DNA of 64,000 bases, taken from assembly GCF_009914755.1 (NCBI RefSeq), contig NC_060929.1. The stretch is one strand, 5' to 3'. The DNA comes from the human T2T-CHM13v2.0 reference genome, Homo sapiens. This document shows, piece by piece, positions 45,833-64,000 of the stretch. Below the pieces are notes generated by a model. The model had not been told where the DNA came from, did no database searches, and saw only the letters and a list, made by a program, of their open reading frames with translations. The number at the start of each line of letters is the position of its first letter. Position 1 is the stretch's first letter. Both the position numbers and the translations under genes were made by a program.

Positions 45833-46107
45833 AGCTACTCACAGGTCTGAGGTGGAAGGATCACTTGAGCCCAGGGTGTCAAGGCTGCAGTGATCCTTGA
45901 TCATGCTACTGCACTCCAGCCTGGGCAACACAGTGAGACCCTGTCTCAAAAAAATTAATTAATTGATTGATTGATTAAAAAAGGAGTTCAGACTTTAATT
46001 TCCAGTTCAGATGGAGTAAGCAGCACATATCACTTTATCTTTCCCAAAGATTACAACCAAAAACCCTTGAAAGAAAACACAACTAGGAGTCTGAAAAGTA
46101 CATAATA
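45833..46107 (+). repeat. Dispersed duplicate of 44500-44767 (Alu right arm plus L1 flank)
   Basis: Shares the non-consensus gcagtgatccttgatc and the flank agactttaatttccagttca...aggagtctgaaaagta. Confidence 0.9.
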
Positions 46108-46922
46108 GCAATAAGAGAGCAGTAAGAAGAGAGAACACTCTTGAAATGAAAGAAAAATTATCTGCAGAAAAATAGAAGCTACAAGAAAGTGCCATGGGGA
46201 GTGGGGAATGGAGAGTTGTTGAATGGATATGGAGTATCAGTTTTGCAAGGCAAGAAGAGCTCTAGAGACTGCTTGCGCAACAATGTGAATGTACTTAACA
46301 CTACTGAACTGTATACCAAAAATGGTTAAGATGGTAAATTTTATGTTACATGTATTTTACCAGAATAAAACTAAATTGGTATGTACTTACCTAGAAAGAT
46401 GTTCATAATATAGTTCTAAGTAAAACTAAATTATGTTTCACAGTGAAGGAAGGGAAAGAAGGCAGGAAGGAAGGACAAAGCGGTTATGTACAAACTGAAA
46501 ACTACATAATTGAAATTAAAACCTTTGCTGGATGGACTCATTTGCCGAATGGAAATGATAAAATAGTGATCTTAAAAGGTCAAGATCAAGATATATTATC
46601 CCATTTGAAACAGAGAGGAAAAAAGATTGAAAAAAATAACAGACTTGCATACCTGTGGGACAATATCAGAAAGATTAACATTTATGTCTTTGGTGTCCCA
46701 GATCAGGAGGAAGATACTGCTGCAGATGAATATTGAAAAAAATAAAGGATGGAAACTTTAAAATTTGGCAAAAGACATGAATGTAAAGATTCAGGAAGTT
46801 CAGGAAACCCCCCAAACAAGATACACTAAAATCAACAACAACAACAAAAAAACTACATTGAGATGCATCCAAATTTACTTGCTGAAAATTAAAGATTTTT
46901 AATTGCTGAAAAATTTTAAAAT

Positions 46923-50396
<3,474 letters not shown>

Positions 50397-50722
50397 CGCT
50401 AACATCATTCTTAATGGTGAAGGGCTGATTAATTTGCCTAAGATTGGGAAAAAGGCAAAAATGTTCTTAGCATTTCTGTTTAACATCGTGCTAAAAGTCC
50501 TGGCCACTGTGATGAGGCAAGAAACAGAAGTAAGAGGCATACAGATTGGAGAAAATAAAACAGAACTTTCTCTATTCACAAACAATGTGAGTGTTTATGT
50601 AGAAGATTTGAAGGAATCTGCAAAAAACTGCTAGAACTAATTAGCACAGTTAAAATATAGAATGCATGATTAACATATAAAAATCACATTGCTATATGTT
50701 AGCAATGAGCAATTCAACGTCA

Positions 50723-51425
50723 TTTTTTTATTTTAATATCACAGTTTTTATTTAAACTGTACTTACAGTAACAAATACAAGCAGAGTTAAGACCAAACAC
50801 AGTTGGTCCTTGACAAATATATAAAACATATAACTCAACTGATGTAGCTCTCAGCTCTGCTAGAGAGCAGTGTACAGCAGCAAGCAGTTAGCATATGGGG
50901 GACTTCAGTCATTGTGGCAGTTGGGGGTAATTGGGTAGTTGACTGCTTAACTCAGGGAATTGGAATATATATCTGTTAATCGGGGTAGTTGGTTAAATGG
51001 GTTGCTTAAGAGTTTCTAGTCTATCTTGTTCTGCCCACTTCTTGGTCTTTCCAGCCCCTGGAATTGTATAGCAAAGCACTCCCTCACTCTCTGGATCATA
51101 TAGATCTCATGTTTAACTTCTTCAGAGTGTACATTCTTTGTCCCTTATTCAGCTTTGTATTTTCAATGTAATATTTCTTACACAGTTTTCTAACATTCTG
51201 AGACTTAGTGAAGATTTGCAAGTATAGTACAAAGAACTACCCCTGCCCAGCTGTTTGAGAGTAATTTACTGACCCGAGCGTCTTCAGTGTGGAGTGCTTG
51301 AGTGTGTGTTTCCCACAAACAAGGACATTTCATGTTAACTATAATTGAGCTCTCAGAATCAGGAAGCTAAACGGGATACATAACTACCATATAATCCTCA
51401 TACCCCATTCAAGTTTTTTTAAATG
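50723..51425 (-). pseudogene. Polyadenylated retroposed fragment of unknown source (L1MC-like piece plus unique 3' UTR-like sequence)
   Basis: The - strand has AATAAA (50747-50752) shortly before an A-tail. TSD tcaac(g/a)tca at 50714-50722 and 51426-51434. Host L1 ORF2 continues on both sides. Confidence 0.65.
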
Positions 51426-51892
51426 TCAACATCAACATTTTAAACGAAGTACTATTTATAATAGTTGCCCCAAAATAAAATACTTCGGTTTAAGTCTAAT
51501 AAGATATCTGTGGAATCTATATGCTAAAAACTAGAAACACTGATTTAAAAAATCGAAGATCTGAATAAATGAAGAAATACTGTTCATGGATTAGAAGACT
51601 CATCCCTAGTTATGATTTCAAATCTCCCTAGTATATCTATAGTATTAGTGAATTCTAAGTCAACTCCCAAGCAAGACCTTTTGTAGATATAGACAAGATT
51701 GTTGTAAAATTTAGATGAAAAGGCAAAGTAGCTTTGTAACAAAAAATTGGAAGACTCATCTTACTTGATTTTAAGATTTACTGTAAAGGTACAAGAATTG
51801 AGATACTGTGACACAAGATGGTGTGACACAAGACGGTAACCACGTAGATTGGTGAAAAAGAGTCCAGAATTAAACCCTCACAAATACAGTCA

Positions 51893-52514
51893 ATTGTTTT
51901 GTTGTTGTTGTTGTTGTTTGTTTAGAGACAGGATCTTCTCACTGTGTCACCTAGACTGGAGTGCACTGTTGTGATCATGGTTCACTGCAGCCTCGAACTC
52001 CTGGGCTCAAGCCATCTTTCTTGCCTCAGCCTCCTGAGTAGTTGGGACTACAGGCATGTGCTACTGCCCTGGGCTAATTTATTTTTATTTTGAGACAAGG
52101 TCTCACTTCGTTGCCCAGGCTGAAGTGCAGTGATGCAGTCTTGGCTCACTGCAACCTCTGCCTCCTGGGCTCAAGCGATTGTCATGCCTCAGCCTCCTAA
52201 GTAGCTGGGATTACAGGAGTGCACCACCACACCTGGCTAATTTTTTGTATTTTTAGTAGAGATGGGATTTCACCATGTTGTACAGGCTGGTCTCGAACTC
52301 CTAGCCTCAAGTGATTTGCCTGCCCTGGCCTCCCAGAGTGTTTGAATTACAGGTGTGTGCCACTGTGCCCAGCCCTAATTTGTTTTGTTTCTTGTAGAGA
52401 TGGGGATCTTGCTTTGTTGCCCAAGGTGGTCTCGAACTCTAGGCCTCAAACAATCCTCCTGCCTCAGCCTCCCAAAGTGCTAGGATTATAGGCATGAGCC
52501 ACCACGCCCAGCCT
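51893..52514 (-). mobile_element. Alu inserted into the linker of an older AluJ (same orientation)
   Basis: Right arm to ~52080, full Alu ~52080-52374, left arm 52375-52514. ctaattt duplicated. Confidence 0.85.
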
Positions 52515-53438
52515 ATGGTCAACTGACTTTTCACAAAGGAGAAAAGGTAATTTTTAGGAGAAAGGATAGTCTCTTCAACAAAAGATTAGTTAGGACAACC
52601 CGGCAACCACATGTAAAAACCTCAGGTATACCTCACTTCTTGTACAAAAATTCACTCAAAATGAACTGTAGACCTACATGTACAATGTAAAACTATAAAA
52701 TTACTAGGAGAAATTATGACCTTGGGTTAGGCAAATAATTTTTAGATATGACACTAAATATAATGAAATTTTTAAATGGATAAGTGGGTCTTCATAAAAA
52801 TAAACTTGTCATCTGCAAAATACACTGTTAAGGGAATGGAAAGATGACTTGGAAAAAAATACTTGCAAATCACATATCTAACAAAGGGCTTATAGCCACA
52901 ATATATAAAGAACTCTTAAAACTTAGCAATAAGGGAAAACTGAATAAAGAATGGGCAGCAGATGTGTACAGACACTTCATGAAGGAAGATATATGAATGA
53001 CAAAAAAAATCACATGAAAAGATGAAGAGATGTACACCATCATTTATTAGAGGAGTGCAAAAGAAAACCATGAGATACATCTGCACACTTATTAGAATGG
53101 CTCGACACACACAGCTGACAGTACTGGAGTCCTGGAGATGATATGGAGCAACTGGAACTCATAATCACTGGTGGAAGTGCAAAATGGTACAGCCACTTTG
53201 GAAAACCATTTGGTGGCTGCTATTAAACATACAGTTTCCATGTGATTTAGCAGTCCCACTCCTAGCTATTTACCCTAGAGATATTCACACAGAAACCTGT
53301 ACATGAATGTTTATAGAAGCTTATTCATAATGATCCATAACTGGAAACAATCCAAATGCCTTTCAATTGTTGACTGGATAAACAAACTCTGGTACCTCCA
53401 TACAGTGGTATACTTTTCAGCAACGAAAAGGAACAAAC

Positions 53439-53819
<381 letters not shown>

Positions 53820-54090
53820 TGACATTCTGGAAAAGGCAAAAGGGAGGAAGAACTGATTAGTGGTTAGCCCAGGGTTAGAGTTGGGGAGAGGATATAATGA
53901 GGGAACTTTTGTGGATTCTGTACCATGATTATGATTACACAAACCTATGCATACATTGAAACACATAGAACTATACGTTGAAAAAAGTGAATCTGCCTGT
54001 ATGTAAATTTAAAAGAAAAATATTTTTTTAAAAAAACAGATGCTTCTTAACACATTATCATCTATGTCAGTTTAACAGTTAGTAGACTTA

Positions 54091-54410
<320 letters not shown>

Positions 54411-54419
54411 GTTAATAGA

Positions 54420-54780
54420 GTTAAAAAGTAAGGAAATTCTGACACATGCTACAACATGGATGAACCTTAAAGACATTACGCTAAGTGAAACAAGTCAGTC
54501 ACTAAAGACAAATGCCATATGATTCCTTATCTGAGATACCTACAGTAGTCAAATTCATAGAGATAGAAAGTAGGACGGTGGTTGGGGGAGTGGGGAAAAT
54601 GGGCAGTTAGTGTTTAATGGGCACAGAACTTCTGTTTCAGATGATGAAAAGTTCTGAAGGTGGATAGTGCTGATAGTTGCACAACAATGTGAACTTACTG
54701 AATGCCACGGACCTAACATTTAAAAATAGTTAAATGGTAAATTTAATATTATGTATATTTTATCACAATTTTAGAAAGTT
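54420..54780 (+). mobile_element. L1MB-type 3' end
   Basis: aaattctgacacatgctacaacatggatgaacctt...gttgcacaacaatgtgaa. Confidence 0.8.
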
Positions 54781-55404
54781 AATAGATTACATAATATTGC
54801 TTATTCACAGGTCTTGATTTAGAAATGCAGGAAAAATATCTTTATGTACTCCTCATTTTGCTCATTTTGAGTTCTTTAAACATCAAAAAAGTTAATCCAT
54901 TAACTATTTCAAATAAGTCATATATGATTTCTGTATAATATGTTGCCATGGAATTTTGTTAATCACAGAGTAAGTTAAACTATGCTATAAGAGCAAAAAG
55001 CTTGCTTTGAATGCTTCTGCAAAGCCCTAGGCAACAGGAAAAGCAATATTTCCTCCCTTAATTATTACAGGGAGGTCACTGATCGTTACATAATTGCCCC
55101 GATTCTCATCCTGAGGATACAAGAAAGAATGCTCTGGAAGAGGGCTGCTTTGCAAGGACATGATCAGGCTGTGTCCTGGGAGGACTACAATAGAGCTTTA
55201 GAAGGTATAGGGTTTGCCCACAGTTTAAACTAGCTTCTCAACAATAGAACTCTATGCTTTTTCCAACTAGGACATATGTGAACTGTGCAGGTTAGGCTAT
55301 TGTGGTTGTGTGAGAGCTCTCCCTTGAGCCAGCCTAACTCTAGATGAAAAACAGAATATGAGATGTTGAGAGGATAAAGTCCTTCCTGCATTCAGAAGGG
55401 CTTA

Positions 55405-56920
<1,516 letters not shown>

Positions 56921-59014
56921 ACCTTCATGGACACAGCATTGTTCACATGGCCCATTTCACAAGGAGTTCATCTTTATGACTGCCCCAGATAGGCCTTGAA
57001 TTTACCAGTTACTTAAAAAAACCACAATGAGAGTCAAAGGAATTTTGGGCCTTTGCTTAATTTGACTGCTCTAAACCCAGCTCAGACCTTGATGAAGTCC
57101 TCTTTAATATGCATTGAACAAAACCATCAGCTCCCTGTGGTCATTTATTGTAGGTCCTTTGTCTCTATAAGGTCCTAGGAGCTACCTAGTCCTGTTTCTT
57201 CCCCCTGCCCCACCCCCTCCCCATCTCTACCACCAAACCCCAATGTACAATTTCAACAGCAAAACAAAGTTAAGCCAGAAGAGCTGCCAGTGTCCCTGTC
57301 TTGAGCTCTCCCTATTGTATCCTAATGCTGCAATAAGATGAGTGCAGAGGGACCTCATGGCTTAAGCCCCAAAGAGTACTATGTGCATCGATCCTCAATC
57401 CTCGCTCCCAGTCACCGAGATGAGCAGCAAATGCCTCAGGGTAGATCATGGATTTGGGCAAATAGGAATGCATCTAAATGCTCAACAGAAGTTTGGTTTT
57501 TTCAGTTTCTTGGAATAGTCTCCATGTTGGCCTTCTGTTATCATCTATTATTTCCAGATGTTCCTTGTTTTGTTTTGTGTCTAGTTTTCTACTTCCCAAA
57601 CCATGTTTTGCTACTCAACCTTTTTCTTATGTCTGTGTTTGTGGACCCTAGAAAAGGTCTCAGAAATGTGATCTTCTTTTAATTTTTCTTGGTATCTTTT
57701 TTCTTTGTGTCCTCGCAGTGTGGTTTCTGGACACCATGTAGGAGTGTTACTTTGATTTCAGGTTTTTGGAAACACATAACAAATATCTCAATTTTTCTGG
57801 CACTACTTTCTTTTCATCTTTGTTTTACATCGTGTATTTCACTTCTGCCAAAAATGTTATTTTGATACTTGGTGTCCCTTTTTATTGTCTTTGCTACCAT
57901 ATTCTTGTTAATAAGAAAGAAATATACAAAACTTGTACGGTTACTTAATCCTGGTGGCTGCTTTGAAAAATTCCACTCAGAACAGTTAAGCTGCTGTTAA
58001 GCTAATACAGTTTTTTTGTAAATGGTCCAAATTGATCTTCATTAAATAACTTCCTGTTTTTAATTTGTACTATCCTATTTTAATTTGCTTAGTATAAATT
58101 AGGTAGTAATTGGCTATGAGATATTTGCAGTCTTTCTCTACTTTCTATTTCCTGCATTTTATAGTTAGACTGCCCCTAGGTCAAGTTTTGTTGTTACTCA
58201 GCACCTGTGAGTTCTTAGCATTCTTTCTTAGATTTATGCTTTGAATTAGAAAAGCTTTACCAAAAAAAAAAAAAAAAATCTGTTTTCTGCATGTTGTCCC
58301 ATAAAATTTTCTTTGGATGCACGAATGCACGAAGCTCTTACAGAGTTTAATGGTTACTTCACCTTGTTGATTTATTGTGGTTTTTTTGCTGGAGCATTTT
58401 CATTCTTCTATCAGCTTGCAGAAACCTTGAAACATCTGTGTGGCAACATGGAAGTGAAAAGCACATTTAACTGCTTTGTTGCTGCGTATCATGTGGCAAA
58501 TAAAAGCCATAGGCCTTCAATGTCCCAGGCAGCCAGTGTTGTACAAATGGCTTGTATTCTAACAGTCTATGCTAGCTGGTTATTTGAAGTGCATTTCCCC
58601 ATGGAAACAAGGATAAGAGGGGCACTTAAGTTTCTAGGTTAGTTCATAAAAGCCTGTTCTACCCAGAATATAACTAAAATTATGTGCATTGCAATGAATA
58701 AGAGCAGAATATTGTAATATCGGTAACCTAAGTAGCCAGAAAAGTCACAAAACTCAATAAGAAAGAAGCTTTTAAAAACATTTACTGAATGGTGATTGTC
58801 AAGGAAAAACAAATTTAGCTAGATAGGGATGTAGAGAAATACTCTTATCATTCCAACAGGGATGATTGAAGGACGTGACACTAGTTTTATTTATTATATA
58901 TGTTTCTCTTTAAAATAAAAGTAAACAACTTGGCATAGTTTCAAAATATTCTTCAATATACTTTTTTAAATAATCAGGTAAAAGATGATAAATGTAAATT
59001 TAATAAGAACTTCT

Positions 59015-59328
59015 TTTGATTTGTTTTGTTTTGTTTTTTTGATAGAGTTGTGCTCTCTCACCCAGGCTGGAGTGTAGTGACGTGATCATGGCTCACTGTA
59101 GCCACGATCTCCTGGGTACAAGCAATCCTCCCACCTCAGCCTCCCGAGTAACCGGGACTACAGGTGTGCACCACCATGCCCTACTGAATTTTTTTAATGC
59201 TTATTTTTTAGTAGAGACGAGGTCTCCCTATGTTGCCCAGGCTGCTCTCAAGCTCCTGGGTTCAAGTGATTTACCCACCTTGGCCTCCCCAAGTGCTGGG
59301 ATTACAGGCACGAGCCACTGTGCCCGGC
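59015..59328 (-). mobile_element. AluJ
   Basis: Reverse dimer with (TTTTG)n tail. Confidence 0.9.
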
Positions 59329-60439
59329 CAAGAAAGTTTTAAGAAGTGAAAAACATCGTGGTTTCCTTCTTGTTTGAGAAAGTTATATCAAAGACACTTT
59401 TTATTTCATTTAGCAGCCATGACTTCACCCTCCTTTGGTCCTTTCATTAAAGGAACAGATGAGGGTTCATTGTCTGCTAAGTGACAGGTGCCGGGTGGAA
59501 TATGGCAGCAACAAGAGAGACCAAAGAGTGGCACATTGGTTTATTGAGAGAGTGAACAATATCTGTGGCAGAGATTTTCCAGTGCAAATGGGGGCAAGAA
59601 AGAAAAAAGTGAAGGAGGAAGGGAATTCCTAAAGACGTAGATGGGAGAAGATTTCCTGAGAAGGAATGAATTGAGCTGGGAATGCAAAAGGACAAGATGG
59701 AGAAGGTAACTAGAATATTGGACTCACTGGAGAGGAGACAAGAAAGTAGGGAGAGAGACAACTTAGATCAGACAGTGATCACCCAAGCTGAGGGGTGACG
59801 TTGTCCACCCCAAAACAACTTCTTGTGACCTAAGGTGAGAAGAGTGAGAAGGGATGGGGAATCAATTTCAGCACAATTAAAGGGAAGGAGCTGTTTTGCA
59901 AGATGGATGTTAGAAGCTATAGGAAGTAAAGCACAGGAAAAAGGCTGATTTGGCAGAGATTTTGCTCAGATAAATTCCATGGTTTCCAAGAGTCAATCAT
60001 AAGAGATCCTTTGAGAAATGTCCAGAAGTTGCCATTTTTATCTATTTCTTCACAACAAAATGCTGTTTCACATTTATTATAAAGTGATAATGTGTGATAA
60101 TAAATTGACTAGTTTATTGAGGGGACAGAGTTGGAAAGAGCTAAGTAACTGGGGCCCCTGGAAACACTGAATCAAGAAGTGTCACTCTCTGCAGGGAGGG
60201 CAGGAGCTGAGCTCATGAACTAATACCTTGCTCACCCCATTCCTAGCCTCCTTGAGTTGCAGATGCTTTTGGTGATATATCCTCATTTTCACTTTAAAGA
60301 GTTCTTAACATTTGTTGTAAATGTATTTAAAAGATTCACCTAGTTAGACCTGTACCCAGTCCCTGCACCCCTAGAAAGATAGCCCATCACCCGTAATTCC
60401 CTTAAAGGGCCAGACGAGCTCAGAGACTAAGAGCCGAGA

Positions 60440-60660
60440 GTGGAGCCAGAACACCTGGGTTTGAATCCGGACTCAAATGACACAGTCATTTCCCAGCAGT
60501 GCTGTGTGACTTTGGGCAAGTTACTTAACTTCTCTGGGCCCAGTCTTCATATGTAAAGTTGTATAATAATAGTACTTAGATCATAGGGTTACTTTGGACA
60601 TTGAATGGGTTAACAGATGTGAAACTCTTAGAAAAATGCATGGCTCCAACTAGTGTTAAC
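60440..60660. mobile_element. MIR
   Basis: gctgtgtgactttgggcaagttacttaacttctctgggcc. Confidence 0.8.
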
Positions 60661-60811
60661 TTTAAAAAGCAAAACAAAAGAAAACAAAACTTAAAATTCC
60701 TTTGCCGGTTACTCATATTAACAAAAACAATTACATATGTTGCTGTATGTATATTCATTTACCTTCAGAAGCATTCTAGTAAATGCGAGCCATCATGTGA
60801 ATGGTAAGAGG

Positions 60812-60851
60812 CTGGCTTAGCCCCTCTGGCTTAGCCCCTCTGGCTTAGCCC
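60812..60851. repeat. 14-bp tandem repeat, 2.9 copies
   Basis: (ctggcttagcccct)x2 followed by ctggcttagccc. Confidence 0.9.
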
Positions 60852-62177
60852 ACCTCCAGCACCAACTGTCAGAAGAGCTCTAAGACTAATGGATCTAAAC
60901 CTAGTTCACTTTAAGTCATTGACCAGCTTTGTTGATTGCATTTTGCTGTAGCAATGTTAGAAACCATATACATTAAATGCTCCTGATCTTCCTCAGAGAT
61001 GGCCCTGCTCAAAGATGCTGATAATATTTATCTGTGTGTGGATGTAGCTAAATTTCTTTTAAGTAAGTCCATGGAGGAAATAAAAAATACCTCATAACTT
61101 TCCCTTTCATCTTTGGATGCCTTCCTTCCAGCAGAGTTTATGTGGAACAAAAACCTGTCTTTCTAGCCAGTTCTGGCCCCACACAAGCCAGTGATGTAAT
61201 CAAAGTTCATCCTTGGGGCACTTCCTACCTGGGCTTTAACCCCTAGTCTGATCTCTGTCACCATACCTACTCTATACCCTCATCCTCACCTCTGTCTTAA
61301 TGAAAATATATTGAACATATTTTAAACAGGTAAATAAATGTTAGAGGCCCAGTGTATAGCTCCTATCCTGGGAAAAGCCTGCCTGTCTCTTATTCTTCTC
61401 CCATGGAAGGCCTTCTCTACATCCTATCTTTCTGCATTTAGATAAAATATGCCTAATTCCAAGGGATTTTGTGAGGGGGGGCAGGAGGAGTTATCAATAA
61501 TATAGTGGACATAAAATGGGATATTTTAAGGGAGAAGGAAAAGAGGAAAAGGTGTGGAAAAAAAAAACCCAAGAGCAACAAAGTAGTGGGGGAAACCACA
61601 GCAGAAAAGGCATTAGAGAAGGAAAGAGAGGCGAAGTAGAGAAGAGAGTTAGCTCCTTTTGTGGTCAGCGTCATGAGAAGCAAGTTGAACAGGGCAAGGT
61701 TTAGGAAAGGGTCCTCTGGCAGATTTAGGAGGTCAGGTAGGGAGGATTACTGAAAAGCCTTAGTCGTGAACTACACTGAGGCAACAATATGGTCCATCCA
61801 ACTGGGGGCATGGCAGAGGTGTTAAGTCAGATTGGCAAGTGGCCCAAATTGTTGGTCAGGCTCTGGCCAGGTAAGCCAATTGGCCAGAGGTCAGCACCAT
61901 GGATAGTCCCAAAGGATTTGTGGACTCTGGAGAGAAGTGAAGAGAACCCTACATATTTGGTAACAGACTAAAGTTTGGTGTTTTTTTTAGCTCAGCCCCT
62001 AAGGCTGTTTTGGTTCTACCTATATTCAAAAACAACATTTATTGAGCACCTATTGTGTGCCAGACACCCTTACTAGTTCTGGAGAATGACAAAGAAATGA
62101 GATGATACTGTCTGCCCTTAAGAAGCTTACTACTCCCTGGATAAACTAGAAATTTTTAAAAATGAAAATAATGATAT

Positions 62178-62355
62178 GGCCCTCTTGAGGGAAGAGGGTG
62201 GGAAGAGGGAGAGGATGAGAAAAAAAATAATTGTTGAGTACTATGCTTAGTACCCAGGTGACAAAATGCTCTGTACCTCAGACTCCTGTGACATGAGTTT
62301 GCCTGTATTAACAAACCTGCACATGTACCCCTGAGCCTAAAATAAAAATTAAAAA
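62178..62355 (+). mobile_element. Short L1PA/L1PB 3' end among L2 and MIR relics (62020-62620)
   Basis: aacaaacctgcacatgtacccctgagcctaaaataaaaatt. Approximate TSD aaa(a/g)tgaaataa. Confidence 0.8.
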
Positions 62356-63139
62356 GTGAAATAAAGAAAATAATAATAGCTAATATTTATTGAGCAATTA
62401 CTATATACAAAGTACATAATTCTAACTGCTATACATAAATTATTTTATTGAATTCTCTCAACAACCTTATGAAGGAGGTATTAGTATCCTTATAGATGAT
62501 GAAGCTGAGGCACGTAGAATTTAAGAAACTTTCTTTGTTACGTACCTTGTTAGAAATAAAGCCAGGATTTAAACCCACACACTCTGACTCTGTTTCCATG
62601 TTTTTAATTACCACACTATCTTGTCTGCAGTTCGTAACAATAGTAATAGATATCATCTATTACCTGCACCGTGCAGCGATACATGCAAAGCATAGGGGAA
62701 CACGGGAGGTGCGCTTAAATCAAAACTGGGGCTGGGAACAGGGGACAAATTCAGGGAAGTTATTTACCAAAGGTGGTGCCTGGCCCGAGCCTTGAGAAAA
62801 GATGCATGTGTCATGGAGAAGGTGTAGCAGAAAGCACAGCATGCTTAATCTGACAGTGCCAGGCCTGTTGGAGGCCTGAGGTGCCAATTAACTGCCCCCT
62901 CCATGCCTCAGATTCTGACTGGTGGATAAGGGATTGAAAAAGCTAAACAAGGACCAAAGTGTGAGATGTACCTGATTCCTTCCAAAACACAGAACTCCCC
63001 TGCGGAGGTTTGGAAAACAGTGATAGAATGAAAGATGTGTCATTTTGCCTTTGCATTCCTGTACCTCAATCAAAGAGGAATTGAGATTTTAGTACAGTTT
63101 TTGGATACAAGGTCAATATTCAATAAGCAGTACCCTTTA

Positions 63140-64000
63140 GACATGGAAATCCTCAACAAAATATTAGCAAAAGTAAATCCAGTAATATGTAAAAAGGATA
63201 ATACATCATAACTAACAGGAGTTTATTCTGGAAATAAAAGGTGGATTTAACATTTGAAAACTAAACAATGTACTTGGCCATATTAACAGACTGAAGAAGA
63301 AATACCATATGATCATCTCAGTAGATACTGAGAAAGCATTTGTCAAAATTTAGCACTCATTCATGATAAAAGCTTTCAGCAAGCTAGGATTAGAAAGGAA
63401 CTTCCTAAAACTGATAAAGAGCGTCTTCTTAAAAATTTACAGCTAATAGTCTTTTTTTTTTTTTTTTTTTGAGACAGGGTCTGTTGCCCAAGCTGGGCAG
63501 TGCAGTGGTGTGATTGCAGCTCACTGCAACCTCTGCCTCCTGGACTGAAGCAACCCTCCCACCTCAGCCTCCTGAGTAGCTAGGACTACAGATGTGCCAC
63601 CATGCCCGGCTAATTTTTGTATTTCTTGTAGAGATGGAGTTTTGCTATGTTGCCCATGATAGTCTCCAACTCCTGGGCTAAAGCAATCTGCTATCTCAGC
63701 CTTCCAAAGTTCTGGGATTACAGGTGTGAGCCACCATACCTGGCCAATATTCTTAATTATAAAAAACTGAATACTTTCCCCCTAAGATGAAGAGCAAGGC
63801 AAGGAAATCTTTTCTCACCACTTCTATACAATATCATACTGGAAATCTTAACCAATGCAAGAAGGCAAGAAAAAGAAAAGGGGTACAGATTGGAAAGGAA
63901 GAAATTAAATAGTTTCTGTTCACAGATGACATTGTTGTCTATAGAAAACCCAAAGGAATCTACCAAAAAAAAAAAAAAAAAAAAAGCCCTAGAACTAATT
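63140..64000 (+). mobile_element. L1 ORF2 (RT) fragment containing an AluJ (63451-63745, -)
   Basis: aaatcctcaacaaaatattagcaaa...gatactgagaaagcatttg...gttcacagatgacattgttgtctatagaaaaccc. Confidence 0.85.

Noticed and set aside
58313-58642. 109-aa ORF in non-repeat sequence
   Set aside because: Non-ATG start and no homology or exon structure that I can recognise.

Overview
Primate, most likely human, genomic DNA. Bases 1-17.5 kb hold the last three coding exons and the 3' UTR of the mismatch-repair gene MSH3 (+ strand; 5q14.1 from established knowledge). The exons splice in frame to the known C-terminus ending ...QTSLLH*. The remaining ~46 kb is repeat-dense intergenic DNA. It contains a 10.6-kb two-LTR class I (ERV1) provirus on the - strand with MER51-like LTRs, a tRNA-Arg PBS and decayed gag/pro/pol/env, interrupted by five Alus and a MER61-like solo LTR. 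It also contains a MER11 solo LTR, a ~9.4-kb old L1, about 35 Alus window-wide, and MIR/L2/MLT/MER5/MER58 relics. I found no evidence of a new protein-coding system; nearly all listed ORFs are repeat-derived or chance. The most unusual signals are structural: a poly(A)-tailed, TSD-flanked retrocopy of an unidentified transcript end, a 5'-inverted Alu, a ~270-bp non-tandem duplication crossing an Alu/L1 junction, and a possibly mosaic provirus. Repeat subfamily names come from remembered consensus sequences and need RepeatMasker/Dfam confirmation.
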